Assembly: GCA_964458205.1 (NCBI GenBank)
Contig: CAYWFJ010000003.1
Coordinates: 1 to 42,175, forward strand
From: Candidatus Micrarchaeota archaeon
Lineage (GTDB): Archaea > Micrarchaeota > Micrarchaeia > Anstonellales > Anstonellaceae
DNA: 42,175 nt
Direction of reading: 5' to 3'
This document shows, piece after piece, positions 23,729 through 32,016 of this stretch (positions are counted from its first letter, which is position 1; each line of letters starts with the position of its first letter). The position numbers and the translations under genes were made by a program. The notes under the pieces are model-generated. The model had not been told where the DNA came from. It worked only from the letters and a program-made list of their open reading frames with translations, and ran no database searches.

Positions 23729-23780
23729 TATCATTTTTTCATCCGCGCTGAAGCGGATGGTTTTTTATATAACAGTGAGA

Positions 23781-24629
23781 ATGAGTGCCATGGTTTCGAA
23801 ATTAGCCGCGTTGTTCGAGGAAGCCGTAAGGAACAACTGCCAGGGCGAGATAGCCATACTCTTTTCAGGCGGCATAGACAGCACGGCGATTGCGACCATA
23901 GCGAAGAAATACACCACGCCGCTTCTCATTACCGCAGGAGTGGCGGGCAGCCAGGATTTGGAGGCTGCAAAGAAGATTGCGGCAGAGCTTGGCCTCCCGC
24001 ACAAGGAAGTCGTTTTCTCGGAAGAGGAAATCGTAAAGATTTACAAGAAATGCTACAAGATACGGAAAGGGGATCTCCTCAAAGTCGAGCTCATGGTGCC
24101 GGTCTTCTCCTGCTGCCGGGAGGCTGCGCGCTCTGGCAAGTGGAGGATACTCTCTGGCTCTGGCGCGGAGGAGCTTTTCATCGGCTATGACAGGTATTTT
24201 CGGCACAAGGGCGCGAAGCTGCAAAGGCTCCTTGAGAGGGAAATAGTCGAGCTTCCGTCAGGGGACTGCGAGGCGCAGGAGCTGGTGGCTAAGAATTTCG
24301 GCATGCGCGCGGCATTCCCGTTCCTTTACCCCCCGTTCGTGAATTCTGTCCTCTCCACGCCTCTTTCAGAACGGCTGGGCACGCGCGAGAGCAAGAAGCC
24401 CCTCCTGCGCAAAATCTGCGCGGAGCTTGGCGTCCCGCAGGATGCGATTGACCGGAAGAAAAAGGCGATGCAGTACGGGAGCGGCGTGCACAAGATACTT
24501 CTTTCAAGAATAAAGGAAGTAGAGGAGGAGCTCCAGATAAAGGAGGAGCTAAAGCAGAGGAAGCGCGACCAGATGGCGCAGGTGCGGGAAGCCCGCTATG
24601 GCCCGTCAGGTTACAGGCCGCGCGCTTAG
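23781..24629 (+). CDS. Asparagine-synthase-domain / PP-loop ATP pyrophosphatase protein (no glutaminase domain)
   Basis: AILFSGGIDSTAIA (SGGxDS PP-loop) and GSGAEELFIGYDRY (AsnB-like motif). The start is ATG 23781 or 23790. ORF-track start 23757 lies too close to the tRNA end. Confidence 0.7.
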   Translation: MSAMVSKLAALFEEAVRNNCQGEIAILFSGGIDSTAIATIAKKYTTPLLITAGVAGSQDLEAAKKIAAELGLPHKEVVFSEEEIVKIYKKCYKIRKGDLLKVELMVPVFSCCREAARSGKWRILSGSGAEELFIGYDRYFRHKGAKLQRLLEREIVELPSGDCEAQELVAKNFGMRAAFPFLYPPFVNSVLSTPLSERLGTRESKKPLLRKICAELGVPQDAIDRKKKAMQYGSGVHKILLSRIKEVEEELQIKEELKQRKRDQMAQVREARYGPSGYRPRA

Positions 24630-24648
24630 GATACCGCGCTACCTGCCT

Positions 24649-24798
24649 TCAGCTGGTGGAATAGACCGAGCGCCAGACCGCCATATGCGACACGCCCAGG
24701 GCATCTGCCACCTTGCGAAGCGGCAGCCGTTCCTCGAAATAGAGGAAGCGCGCGGCTTCGAGCTTTTCCTGCGAGAGGGATTTGTGCCTTCCTTTCAT
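24649..24798 (-). CDS. 49-aa helix-turn-helix protein (Hin/transposase-type HTH)
   Basis: Not in the ORF track because it is under 60 aa. Hand translation: MKGRHKSLSQEKLEAARFLYFEERLPLRKVADALGVSHMAVWRSVYSTS*. SD GGTGAT lies 4 nt upstream of the ATG. Confidence 0.5.
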   Translation of the reverse strand: MKGRHKSLSQEKLEAARFLYFEERLPLRKVADALGVSHMAVWRSVYSTS

Positions 24799-24806
24799 AA
24801 AATCAC

Positions 24807-25142
24807 CTAACAGCACATCCTGCCTGCAAGGAAACTCGCATTCCCCTGCTCAAAATTGCCCTTTGCCTGGTTGAGAGCCGCGGTTTTCACTATTCCCTCG
24901 TCCAAGGGGGCGCCAGCCCGCATCCCTTTTTCCGCCCTTTTCTTCCCACGCTCAGCCCTTCCAAACTCGCGAAGAGCAGGATGCGCCTCAAGCTCAGCTA
25001 AGACTTGGGCATGCGCTTCTCTTTTGCGGAGATAACGCGCCTCAAGCGCGGCTACCGCGTTTGGATGCGTGTCCGTCCGCTTCCTGTGCGTCTTGGGGTT
25101 TGCCAAGCATAGTGCGCCGCACCTGTGATTTCCAGCCAGCAT
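24807..25142 (-). CDS. Hypothetical 111-aa protein, co-oriented with the small HTH gene
   Basis: ATG 25142 is preceded by GAGGTG. The product is basic and Ala/Arg-rich. No family recognised. Confidence 0.4.
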   Translation of the reverse strand: MLAGNHRCGALCLANPKTHRKRTDTHPNAVAALEARYLRKREAHAQVLAELEAHPALREFGRAERGKKRAEKGMRAGAPLDEGIVKTAALNQAKGNFEQGNASFLAGRMCC

Positions 25143-25390
25143 ATGAACACCTCGATTGATTTTTTTTCAGCCCGCAAGCGCGCGGGAAAAGCCAAAGCTA
25201 TCGAATTTTTTTCGAGACGTTCGGGCACTTGCCAAGCCACCCAAGCGCGGAAACTAGTCCCAGAAATAGATAAGGTGCAGGCTAGAGGCAGATGAAACGC
25301 ATAGTGTGTTTGCGCTTGCTGGCATTGCTAGCACCGATAATGGATGTGGGGGGAACGGTTTAAATAGGCTTGTAACGGAAACGCGGGCGG

Positions 25391-28300
25391 CTAGTCGATA
25401 AGATAGATGGAATTTACGCTGCTGCTTGAGGCTACGGAATAGGCGAAATCAAGCCTCCGGGCTTCCTTCGCATACCTGCCAGTAAGATAGCTTGCAACCT
25501 CGGTCCTGTTTGAAAGCGGATGCCAGCCCGTCTGTTCGGTTATATAGACGTGCGCAAGATTGTTGTCTTTTGCAAACTGCCTTGCGACATCAAGCACGGC
25601 TTCGCAGAACTTGCCCACATCGATTTGCGAAACGAAATCGGTATTCGGGTTGAAGCCACGCAAGAGAAGCGACTTTTCGCCGTTTACCTCGACAACGTAC
25701 GCCATTATGTTGCCCCTGGCGACAGACTCGTTCTCGATTATGTTCATGTGGAAGTGCTCCTGGCGGTTGAAAAGCCCGATATCCTGCGCAGTGCAGACCC
25801 CTGCGGAGGCTTTGGCGAAGAAGGACGCCTGGTTCTTTGAAAGGTATGCCCTTATGTTTGCGCCAAGCTCGCCTTTGGTTTCCTTGCTTTCCTCGAATTT
25901 CTTCATGTCGGATTTTGCCTGCGCAAGGATAGGCGAGATTGCCTTGCTGAATATTATTTTTGAGAGGACATCTGCCGTCTTTTCATTGCTTTCAAGAATC
26001 GCCCCCCAATCCGGCTTTTCGGGAAGGGACAGCTGCTTTTCGATTGTGACCTGGCGGCTTGGGTCTGAGAGGTTTTTTTTCACGGCTTCCGAGATTTCGG
26101 GCTTTTTATCAAGGAGGCTTGCAAGCCTGTGCGAATAATTGTCCTTGAAGTATATCCCCATTACCTCCCTGAATTCTGTGAGAAGCGCATATGCCGAACT
26201 GCTGTCCATCTCCCGCTCCTGCGTGGTGAAATTTGCCACAAACTCGTCCCTTGCCATCGGGTACATGAGCGTGCTTACCTCTTCCGGTGAATAGTTCGTC
26301 CCTGCGCGGGCGACCTTCACGAATGCCTGCCGAAGCGCCTTTGCCCTGTCCTCGCCCTTGGGAAGCTCCGGAGTAAGAGCTGAAACGTATTTTGCAAATG
26401 ATGCGAAATCAAGATTGGCGCCTTCCCTAAGAACGTAGCTTTTCTGGCTTGCGGAAAGCGAATAGCCGCCCTGGGGGAAAACGTAGCCTGAAAGGTCATT
26501 TGTCCTGTCAGAAACCTGAAGAAGGAGCGATTCCACGTTCTCGAAGCTCATGCCGACCGGCTTATAGGCTATGTAGACCATCTCGGCAAGGATTCCCTTG
26601 TCCTCTTCCGGCAGGAGGCTGCCGATAGGCTCGTTTTTGAAGAATTTTGATTTGATGGTTTCCACCTTCTTGACAAGCTCGGCCCTGCCCGCAGGGTCAA
26701 GCTTAACATAGCTTGCGAAAAGCTTGGGGGTGGGAGCCCCGATTTCGCGGATTGCGCTGAAAATCTTCTCCTGGTTCTTTGCCGGGGAGAAGCCATCCAT
26801 TCCCGCAAGCGTATCCACCGTTGTATTGAACTCGTTCGGGTATTGCGCGAGAAGCTGGCGCAGGAACTCGCGGTCGGTCTTGAGGAAATTTACGGTGCCT
26901 TTTGCAAGATAGCCGCTTTCCACAAGCTTTTTTGCCAAAAAATCGAAGCGCCGCTCGCCTGCGCCTTTCCTTGAAATGAGCTTGGTTGCCATGTGGCTGC
27001 CGTTTGCCCTGTCGATTCTCGAGGCTGCAATCGCCATCCTTGCGGCAAGCGCTGCATCCTTCCTGCCTGCTTCGCGTATGAAGAGGTCAAGCACGCGGCG
27101 ATTCCCTTCGATTAGGCCGATTGCGCCTAAGATGTCACACGCGGACCTGCTTGCGCGGCCAAGCTTTTTCGAATTCTCGATTTCCTCGGAATAAGTGTCA
27201 AAAATAAGGTCAATCTCCTTTTCCCCCAATTGGCTGATGGCAATCTTCTGTTTCATCACGGCATCCCGCTCTTCCGCAGGCAGCTTGAGCGCTTCTTCAA
27301 GAGGGAGGAAGGCATGGGCGGCTATCAGAAGCCGGCTGTTGCCTGATAAAGACGCCTCAGATGCCAGCTTTCCGACCATCCCCGAAATTTCATCCGGCGA
27401 GCCTGCTTTTGCCCCTTCCTTTAGCTCCATGTTCTGGTAAGCCCTGAAAAGCACCCCAATGCTGAAATTTCTTGCAGAAGCGGAATGGTCATACTGATAG
27501 ATGAAAGACTCGCGGTTCCCTGTCGCTGATGCGCAATCAAGCGACTTTTCGCGCAATGCAATTGGCGCCTGCTCTTCAATCAAAAGCTCGGCGAGGCTTT
27601 TTGCCTGAGGCAATGTTTCTATTGCAAGTGCCTTGTACATCGCAGCATCGGCATAATTCCCTGCCGAACCTGACGGGTCAGTGAGACGCGCTTCCTTTTC
27701 CGCCTCTGCGCTTGCCAAGCCATAGGATTTTGACCTTATCTCCGATGGCAAAGCTGATTTTTCCGCAATCCGACGAAAGGCGTCCTTCCCGCTCATCTCG
27801 ACATTGCCCCATCCTTTCACTTTTCCGCCACGGTACCCTTCGGCGAATTTCCAAAATAGATCGGAACATTTTGAAACAACCTCGGCATCGTAGGCACTTG
27901 ACGCTTGGACGTATGAGAAGAGCGCCTGCCCATAGGCATCGCCTTTCTCGTAAAGCCCGGCTGCAAGGCCAACCCGCTGGTTGTTAATGGAAGTGGAATT
28001 GAATTCGTATCCTTTTTCAGACAGTATGTCGCCAGCCTCAACGAACTTGCCCTGTTCTGATAGGGAATCCGCCGCTTTTACAAGGCAGTCGAATGCGAGC
28101 TCCTCCTGCCTTGCCCGAACCGATGGCACGATAGCAATGCTTCTTGCTTTCAAATAGGCAGTGGCTGCTTCCTTGAATTCGCCATTGCCAAACCTTTTTT
28201 CGGCTTCTTGAATGTAGAAGCTGAAGATTTTGCGCTTGGAGGATTGGTCGTCCATCTTGACGTATTCCGACAGCCCGTAACCATTTGCATAATTCAGAAT

Positions 28301-30943
28301 CTCTGCCGCCTTGCCAAACTCGCCTGCAAGTTCAAAGAGCCTGATTGACTCAAGCCCGCATTTTTCCGCAAGATCAGCCTCGCCTTTTTCATGCAAGCTT
28401 AAGGCGGCAGACTTATATGCTTCTGCCATTATCGCGTGCCCCTCTGGCGAAACGAAGAGCTTGCTGGATTTGGAAAGCACTGCCATTCCTCTCAGCAGCA
28501 TGTTCTCTTTTGTTTTCGGACCGATGAATTCGCGGGTAGATTCATCAAGGAGATTCTTGAAAAGATCATAGAAAGAGCCTGATTGAAGGCAAAGCGACTC
28601 TGCCTTGCCATAGTAAGCTGCTGCTATGCTTTTATCGGGCTCTTCGATGAAAAGCCGGAAATAGCAATTCATCGCATCGCGCAGGCTTTCGCCCGCCTCC
28701 TTTGGCTTCTGCTCGGCAAGAAGGGAATCTGCTTTCTCTTCATAGCTTCTGGCCGCACTAAGAAGAGAGTTCCGCCGCTTTTCAAGAAGCCCCTCCTTTT
28801 CAGTTACATCCGCATATGAAACAGCATATTGGTAAGAATTGCTGGCTTCTTTGTGCTGCCCTGCAAGCCCGTAATAATCGCCGGCTTTCTCGAAAAGGCG
28901 GCAGGCTGCTTTTGAGACATGTTGCCGTTCATCTGAACCGATGTTGGTGGAGAACATATAGGCCGAGGCAACCCGCGCATAGCCTGTGTCTTTATTGGCA
29001 GGGTCGGCAAGCCGCTCAAGCCGACTGGCAATCGATTCTACCTTGGCAAATGAATATGCCGCAGCATGAACGCCCGGAGAATAACTGGATTGCCTCTGCC
29101 GCTCATTCCAATATTCATGAATGGCGGAGCTATAACTTGAAAATGCGTTATGCTTGTCCCCGGCAAGCTCGTAAAGCTCGCCTATGCGGACATGGCGCTC
29201 CGCTTGTTCCTCATAGCCGCCCAAGTCGCGATCCATATATTCTTTCCTGGCTTCCTTGAGGTATTTTTTCCTATTGAAAACGCTCTTTATGCCCTTTTCC
29301 TTGGCAAGGCGGGCACCGAACTCATCGTTTTTGAGCGAAAGAAGGCGCTCAATCCTTTCATAGCATGCAAGCCTGCTGCCCACGGATGAAAAGATGTTTG
29401 CCTTATCGCGCCACATCTTGATTGCTTCGTCAATCTTTTTTTCAGAGACAAGGCGCGATTCATCTATGGAATAGCGCTCGATTGCAAAAGCCTCGTATTG
29501 GGATAGCTTTCCCCCATATTTTGCCTTAAGCTCGTCCGAACCTGGGTCAAGCCTTGAGATTGCGCTATTGTAGGCTTCAATAACCGTATCAGGGGGATAA
29601 ATAGGAAGATGATTCCGCAAATTGAGAAACCCCCCGTCAAGCTTTTCAAGATAGGCATCCCGCAATTCCTGGCTTGGTGCATGCCTAACCGCCCTGCCAT
29701 AGGCGGTGATTGCGTCCATCAATCCATAATGCGGCATGGATTCGCTCCCGCCCGCCCTTAAAAAAATCTCCCCCGCAATTGCGGCATATTTGGTTATCTC
29801 TCCGTCTTCCCGCGCTGTGGATGATGCCTTCATGTAAGCGTTGCCAGCCTCGGCAAGTTTGCCTTCCTCGATAAATTTGACTCCTCCTTTTGCAAACAGG
29901 TATGCCGCAGTCCGATAATAATCATCCTGGATTCCCCTTTCGCGTACTTTTTCGGCAAGATTTTTCTTATAGGCATCCGCTGCCTCCAAAAACCTGCCTT
30001 CCCCCACCAGGATTTTGGCTTCGTAAAGATAAGCATCCAGGCTTCTTGAGCGGCAATCCGCCTCCTTTGCAGCCCAGGCTATCTTGGAAGAGGGATTGAT
30101 GGCTGCTTCGTCCAACTTCCCATAAGCAGCTTTAAGCTCCCAAAAAAGCTCGGCTTCGTTGTGTTTTTTTTCATGTTCCAGACGGGATGCTTCTTTCATT
30201 GAAACCTCGTAATTACGGATATTCCGCCAGATCCAGTAGGGTATTGGCCCGCCGTCTTTGTTCTTTTCGCCAGCATTTATGCAGTCGTTGAAATGCTGCC
30301 CGATTGCCTTGCATAGCCCTGCGCTATAAGCCATGCCAAGCGCTTCAAACTCACGCTCCGCTTTGGAAATGAGCTTAAGCGCTTTATCCGGATTGGAGGC
30401 GTAGCATGCATCGCTTTGGTGCCGTATTGCCTTATTCTTAAGGCGCCTCTCCATGGCAAGCTCCAGCCGCTTCTTTAGGTAGTCGCCTGCCCTTTTCGCA
30501 ACGTGCTCTTTCCCCTTCCTTTCCTCCTCCTTTGCCTTCTCGCGCGTGATTTCGTTTGATTGCTGCGAAACTATGATGCCCTCGCTTCCCTGGTGGCTGC
30601 TGCTGTGCGCTGCGGAGAACTTCGTATTCTCCTGCCTTGCCGCCCCTCCGCCGCCTTCGCTGTGCTGCGAGCGGTGGATTGCCGGGCCGAACCTTCCGAA
30701 TGCGGAAATGATGATTTTTTCTATCTTTTTTGCGTGCTTCCTTGAGATTTTCGTGTTCTCCTGTTTGGAGAGGTGCCAAAGCGAGCGGAGGTTGGCCGAG
30801 AGCTCCTCTTCCGAGAATTCGGCTGCCTCTGGCTTTAGGTATTCCTTGGAAAGCTCGGCTATGTCGCTTAAGTGCTCCATGGAGAGGTCTGGCTTGCCTT
30901 GAGGAAAGGAAACGGCAGGGGTCTTTGGAGGCGTGGGCTTCAT
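25391..30943 (-). CDS. Giant cytoplasmic helical-repeat (TPR/SNAP-like) protein, 1850 aa, with a distinct C-terminal globular domain
   Basis: No signal peptide or TM helix. At least 8 copies of G-x-(F/L/H)-x-EA-x-x-(A/S)-Y-like units, such as GRFLEAADAYKK, GKLAEAGNAYMK, GEFKEAATAYLK, GKFVEAGDIL, GEFGKAAEIL and GQHKEASNSYQY. The last ~200 aa (..GNIMAYVVEVNGEKSLLLRGFNPNTDF..) are non-repetitive. Confidence 0.8.
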   Translation of the reverse strand: MKPTPPKTPAVSFPQGKPDLSMEHLSDIAELSKEYLKPEAAEFSEEELSANLRSLWHLSKQENTKISRKHAKKIEKIIISAFGRFGPAIHRSQHSEGGGGAARQENTKFSAAHSSSHQGSEGIIVSQQSNEITREKAKEEERKGKEHVAKRAGDYLKKRLELAMERRLKNKAIRHQSDACYASNPDKALKLISKAEREFEALGMAYSAGLCKAIGQHFNDCINAGEKNKDGGPIPYWIWRNIRNYEVSMKEASRLEHEKKHNEAELFWELKAAYGKLDEAAINPSSKIAWAAKEADCRSRSLDAYLYEAKILVGEGRFLEAADAYKKNLAEKVRERGIQDDYYRTAAYLFAKGGVKFIEEGKLAEAGNAYMKASSTAREDGEITKYAAIAGEIFLRAGGSESMPHYGLMDAITAYGRAVRHAPSQELRDAYLEKLDGGFLNLRNHLPIYPPDTVIEAYNSAISRLDPGSDELKAKYGGKLSQYEAFAIERYSIDESRLVSEKKIDEAIKMWRDKANIFSSVGSRLACYERIERLLSLKNDEFGARLAKEKGIKSVFNRKKYLKEARKEYMDRDLGGYEEQAERHVRIGELYELAGDKHNAFSSYSSAIHEYWNERQRQSSYSPGVHAAAYSFAKVESIASRLERLADPANKDTGYARVASAYMFSTNIGSDERQHVSKAACRLFEKAGDYYGLAGQHKEASNSYQYAVSYADVTEKEGLLEKRRNSLLSAARSYEEKADSLLAEQKPKEAGESLRDAMNCYFRLFIEEPDKSIAAAYYGKAESLCLQSGSFYDLFKNLLDESTREFIGPKTKENMLLRGMAVLSKSSKLFVSPEGHAIMAEAYKSAALSLHEKGEADLAEKCGLESIRLFELAGEFGKAAEILNYANGYGLSEYVKMDDQSSKRKIFSFYIQEAEKRFGNGEFKEAATAYLKARSIAIVPSVRARQEELAFDCLVKAADSLSEQGKFVEAGDILSEKGYEFNSTSINNQRVGLAAGLYEKGDAYGQALFSYVQASSAYDAEVVSKCSDLFWKFAEGYRGGKVKGWGNVEMSGKDAFRRIAEKSALPSEIRSKSYGLASAEAEKEARLTDPSGSAGNYADAAMYKALAIETLPQAKSLAELLIEEQAPIALREKSLDCASATGNRESFIYQYDHSASARNFSIGVLFRAYQNMELKEGAKAGSPDEISGMVGKLASEASLSGNSRLLIAAHAFLPLEEALKLPAEERDAVMKQKIAISQLGEKEIDLIFDTYSEEIENSKKLGRASRSACDILGAIGLIEGNRRVLDLFIREAGRKDAALAARMAIAASRIDRANGSHMATKLISRKGAGERRFDFLAKKLVESGYLAKGTVNFLKTDREFLRQLLAQYPNEFNTTVDTLAGMDGFSPAKNQEKIFSAIREIGAPTPKLFASYVKLDPAGRAELVKKVETIKSKFFKNEPIGSLLPEEDKGILAEMVYIAYKPVGMSFENVESLLLQVSDRTNDLSGYVFPQGGYSLSASQKSYVLREGANLDFASFAKYVSALTPELPKGEDRAKALRQAFVKVARAGTNYSPEEVSTLMYPMARDEFVANFTTQEREMDSSSAYALLTEFREVMGIYFKDNYSHRLASLLDKKPEISEAVKKNLSDPSRQVTIEKQLSLPEKPDWGAILESNEKTADVLSKIIFSKAISPILAQAKSDMKKFEESKETKGELGANIRAYLSKNQASFFAKASAGVCTAQDIGLFNRQEHFHMNIIENESVARGNIMAYVVEVNGEKSLLLRGFNPNTDFVSQIDVGKFCEAVLDVARQFAKDNNLAHVYITEQTGWHPLSNRTEVASYLTGRYAKEARRLDFAYSVASSSSVNSIYLID

Positions 30944-30976
30944 TGAGGGAACATATGCTTAAATGAGGTTAAAAAG

Positions 30977-31633
30977 CTACTTTTTTTTCCCCGCGATGAA
31001 CAGGTGCTCAAGGTCGAACGGGGAAAGCTCTATCTGCTGGGAGACATCGATATCCGAGCCGACCTTGTTAACGAACTCCTCGAATATCTTTTTCGGCTGG
31101 CGCGTGACATCTATGCTTTGCGATTTTATGGCAATCATGCCCCAGCCGCCTTTCTTCAGGAAAAGCAGGCTGTTTTTGAGGAATATGTCATCCTGGTCGG
31201 GCTGCGCGACGTCCTGGTAAATCACGTCAACTTTCCCGATGCCCTCCGCGTAATCCTGCGGGGCGCGCGCGTCGCCCATTATGGGGAGCATGTTGGGACG
31301 CGACTCGCAGACCGAGAGGAGGTCGCGCATGGAGCGCTGCGCGAATTCAACGCAATACACTATGCCTTCCTCGCCAACGATGTCGGAAACGTGCGAAGGA
31401 GTGGTGCCCGTGCTTGCGCCTAAGTAAAGAACAGATGAGCCTGGCTTGATGGGCATTTCCTTCAGCCCTTTGTGTATTGCAGCGGCGAGCTTGCTCCTGT
31501 AAATGTCCCACATGCGGTATTCGTCCTTGCCGTCGGCAACGAGCTTCTCGCCGTAAACGCGCCTGCCCGGGGCTAGCGATTTTGTCGCAAGGCGGTTGGT
31601 CACCAGGTATACGCCGGGGAATTTTTCGTCCAT
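30977..31633 (-). CDS. flpA: Fibrillarin-like rRNA/tRNA 2'-O-methyltransferase
   Basis: Shows RVYGEKLV...YRMWDIYRSKLAAAI...PGSSVLYLGASTGTTPSHVSDIV...VYCVEFA..DARAPQDY..VDVIYQDVAQPDQ. The ORF-track start 31642 is TTG; the ATG is at 31633. Confidence 0.92.
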   Translation of the reverse strand: MDEKFPGVYLVTNRLATKSLAPGRRVYGEKLVADGKDEYRMWDIYRSKLAAAIHKGLKEMPIKPGSSVLYLGASTGTTPSHVSDIVGEEGIVYCVEFAQRSMRDLLSVCESRPNMLPIMGDARAPQDYAEGIGKVDVIYQDVAQPDQDDIFLKNSLLFLKKGGWGMIAIKSQSIDVTRQPKKIFEEFVNKVGSDIDVSQQIELSPFDLEHLFIAGKKK

Positions 31634-31652
31634 GAAAATCAACTTAAGAAAT

Positions 31653-31735
31653 TGAAAGCGGGCTCGGTCCCTAAACCCCGGAGGGGCAAGCCCCTCCCTG
31701 GTTCAAGGGTTCCTCCGGACCCACCCCACGAAATA
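31653..31735 (-). other. Orphan tRNA 3'-end-like segment (ends ..GGGAC CGAGCCC G) including a 16-nt direct repeat of the tRNA-Lys 3' end
   Basis: TGAAAGCGGGCTCGGT occurs at 31653-31668 and again at 31746-31761 (plus-strand reading). The segment between them contains GC-rich hairpins (GGAGGGG-CTTG-CCCCTCC; CCGGAGG...CCTCCGG). I could not fold it into a complete tRNA. Confidence 0.4.
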
Positions 31736-31751
31736 TTTGTGATTATGAAAG

Positions 31752-31937
31752 CGGGCTCGGTGGGATTTTCACAAGGCGCACCCGATTGGGGGTGAACCAT
31801 CAGGGGGATCGTCTGCAGTGCATCTGCCCCCTAGGGTTTGAACCCACGGCTTTCTGGTTACCTCAGTTGCCAATTATCCGCAATCGGATAAGAGCCATAA
31901 AAGCCAGACACTCTAGGCCAAGCTGAGTTACGAGCCC
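31752..31937 (-). tRNA. tRNA-Lys(UUU) with two introns (39 nt at 37/38, 71 nt in the T-loop at 59/60); mature length 76 nt
   Basis: Hand fold of the minus strand: GGGCTCG TA ACTC AGCTTGGCCTA GAGT G TCTGG CUUUUA [39-nt intron with TTATCCG-ATTG-CGGATAA hairpin] (N38) CCAGA AAGCC GTGGG TTCAAA [71 nt] T CCCAC CGAGCCC G. All stems are Watson-Crick. 186 nt total = 76 + 39 + 71. Confidence 0.75.
31782..31836 (-). repeat. 55-nt intron module (copy inside the tRNA-Lys T-loop intron)
   Basis: Minus strand reads CCCTAGGGGGCAGATG CACTGCAGAC GATCCCCCT GAT GGTTCACCCCCAATCGG. Compare 23536-23590. Confidence 0.8.
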
Positions 31938-32016
31938 GCGTGGGTTTTTTTCAGCCGTCATAACCTTTTAATACTTACCCGGAGTAGGGGGAAGAGCCAA
32001 ACGGGGGTGCGTCCTT

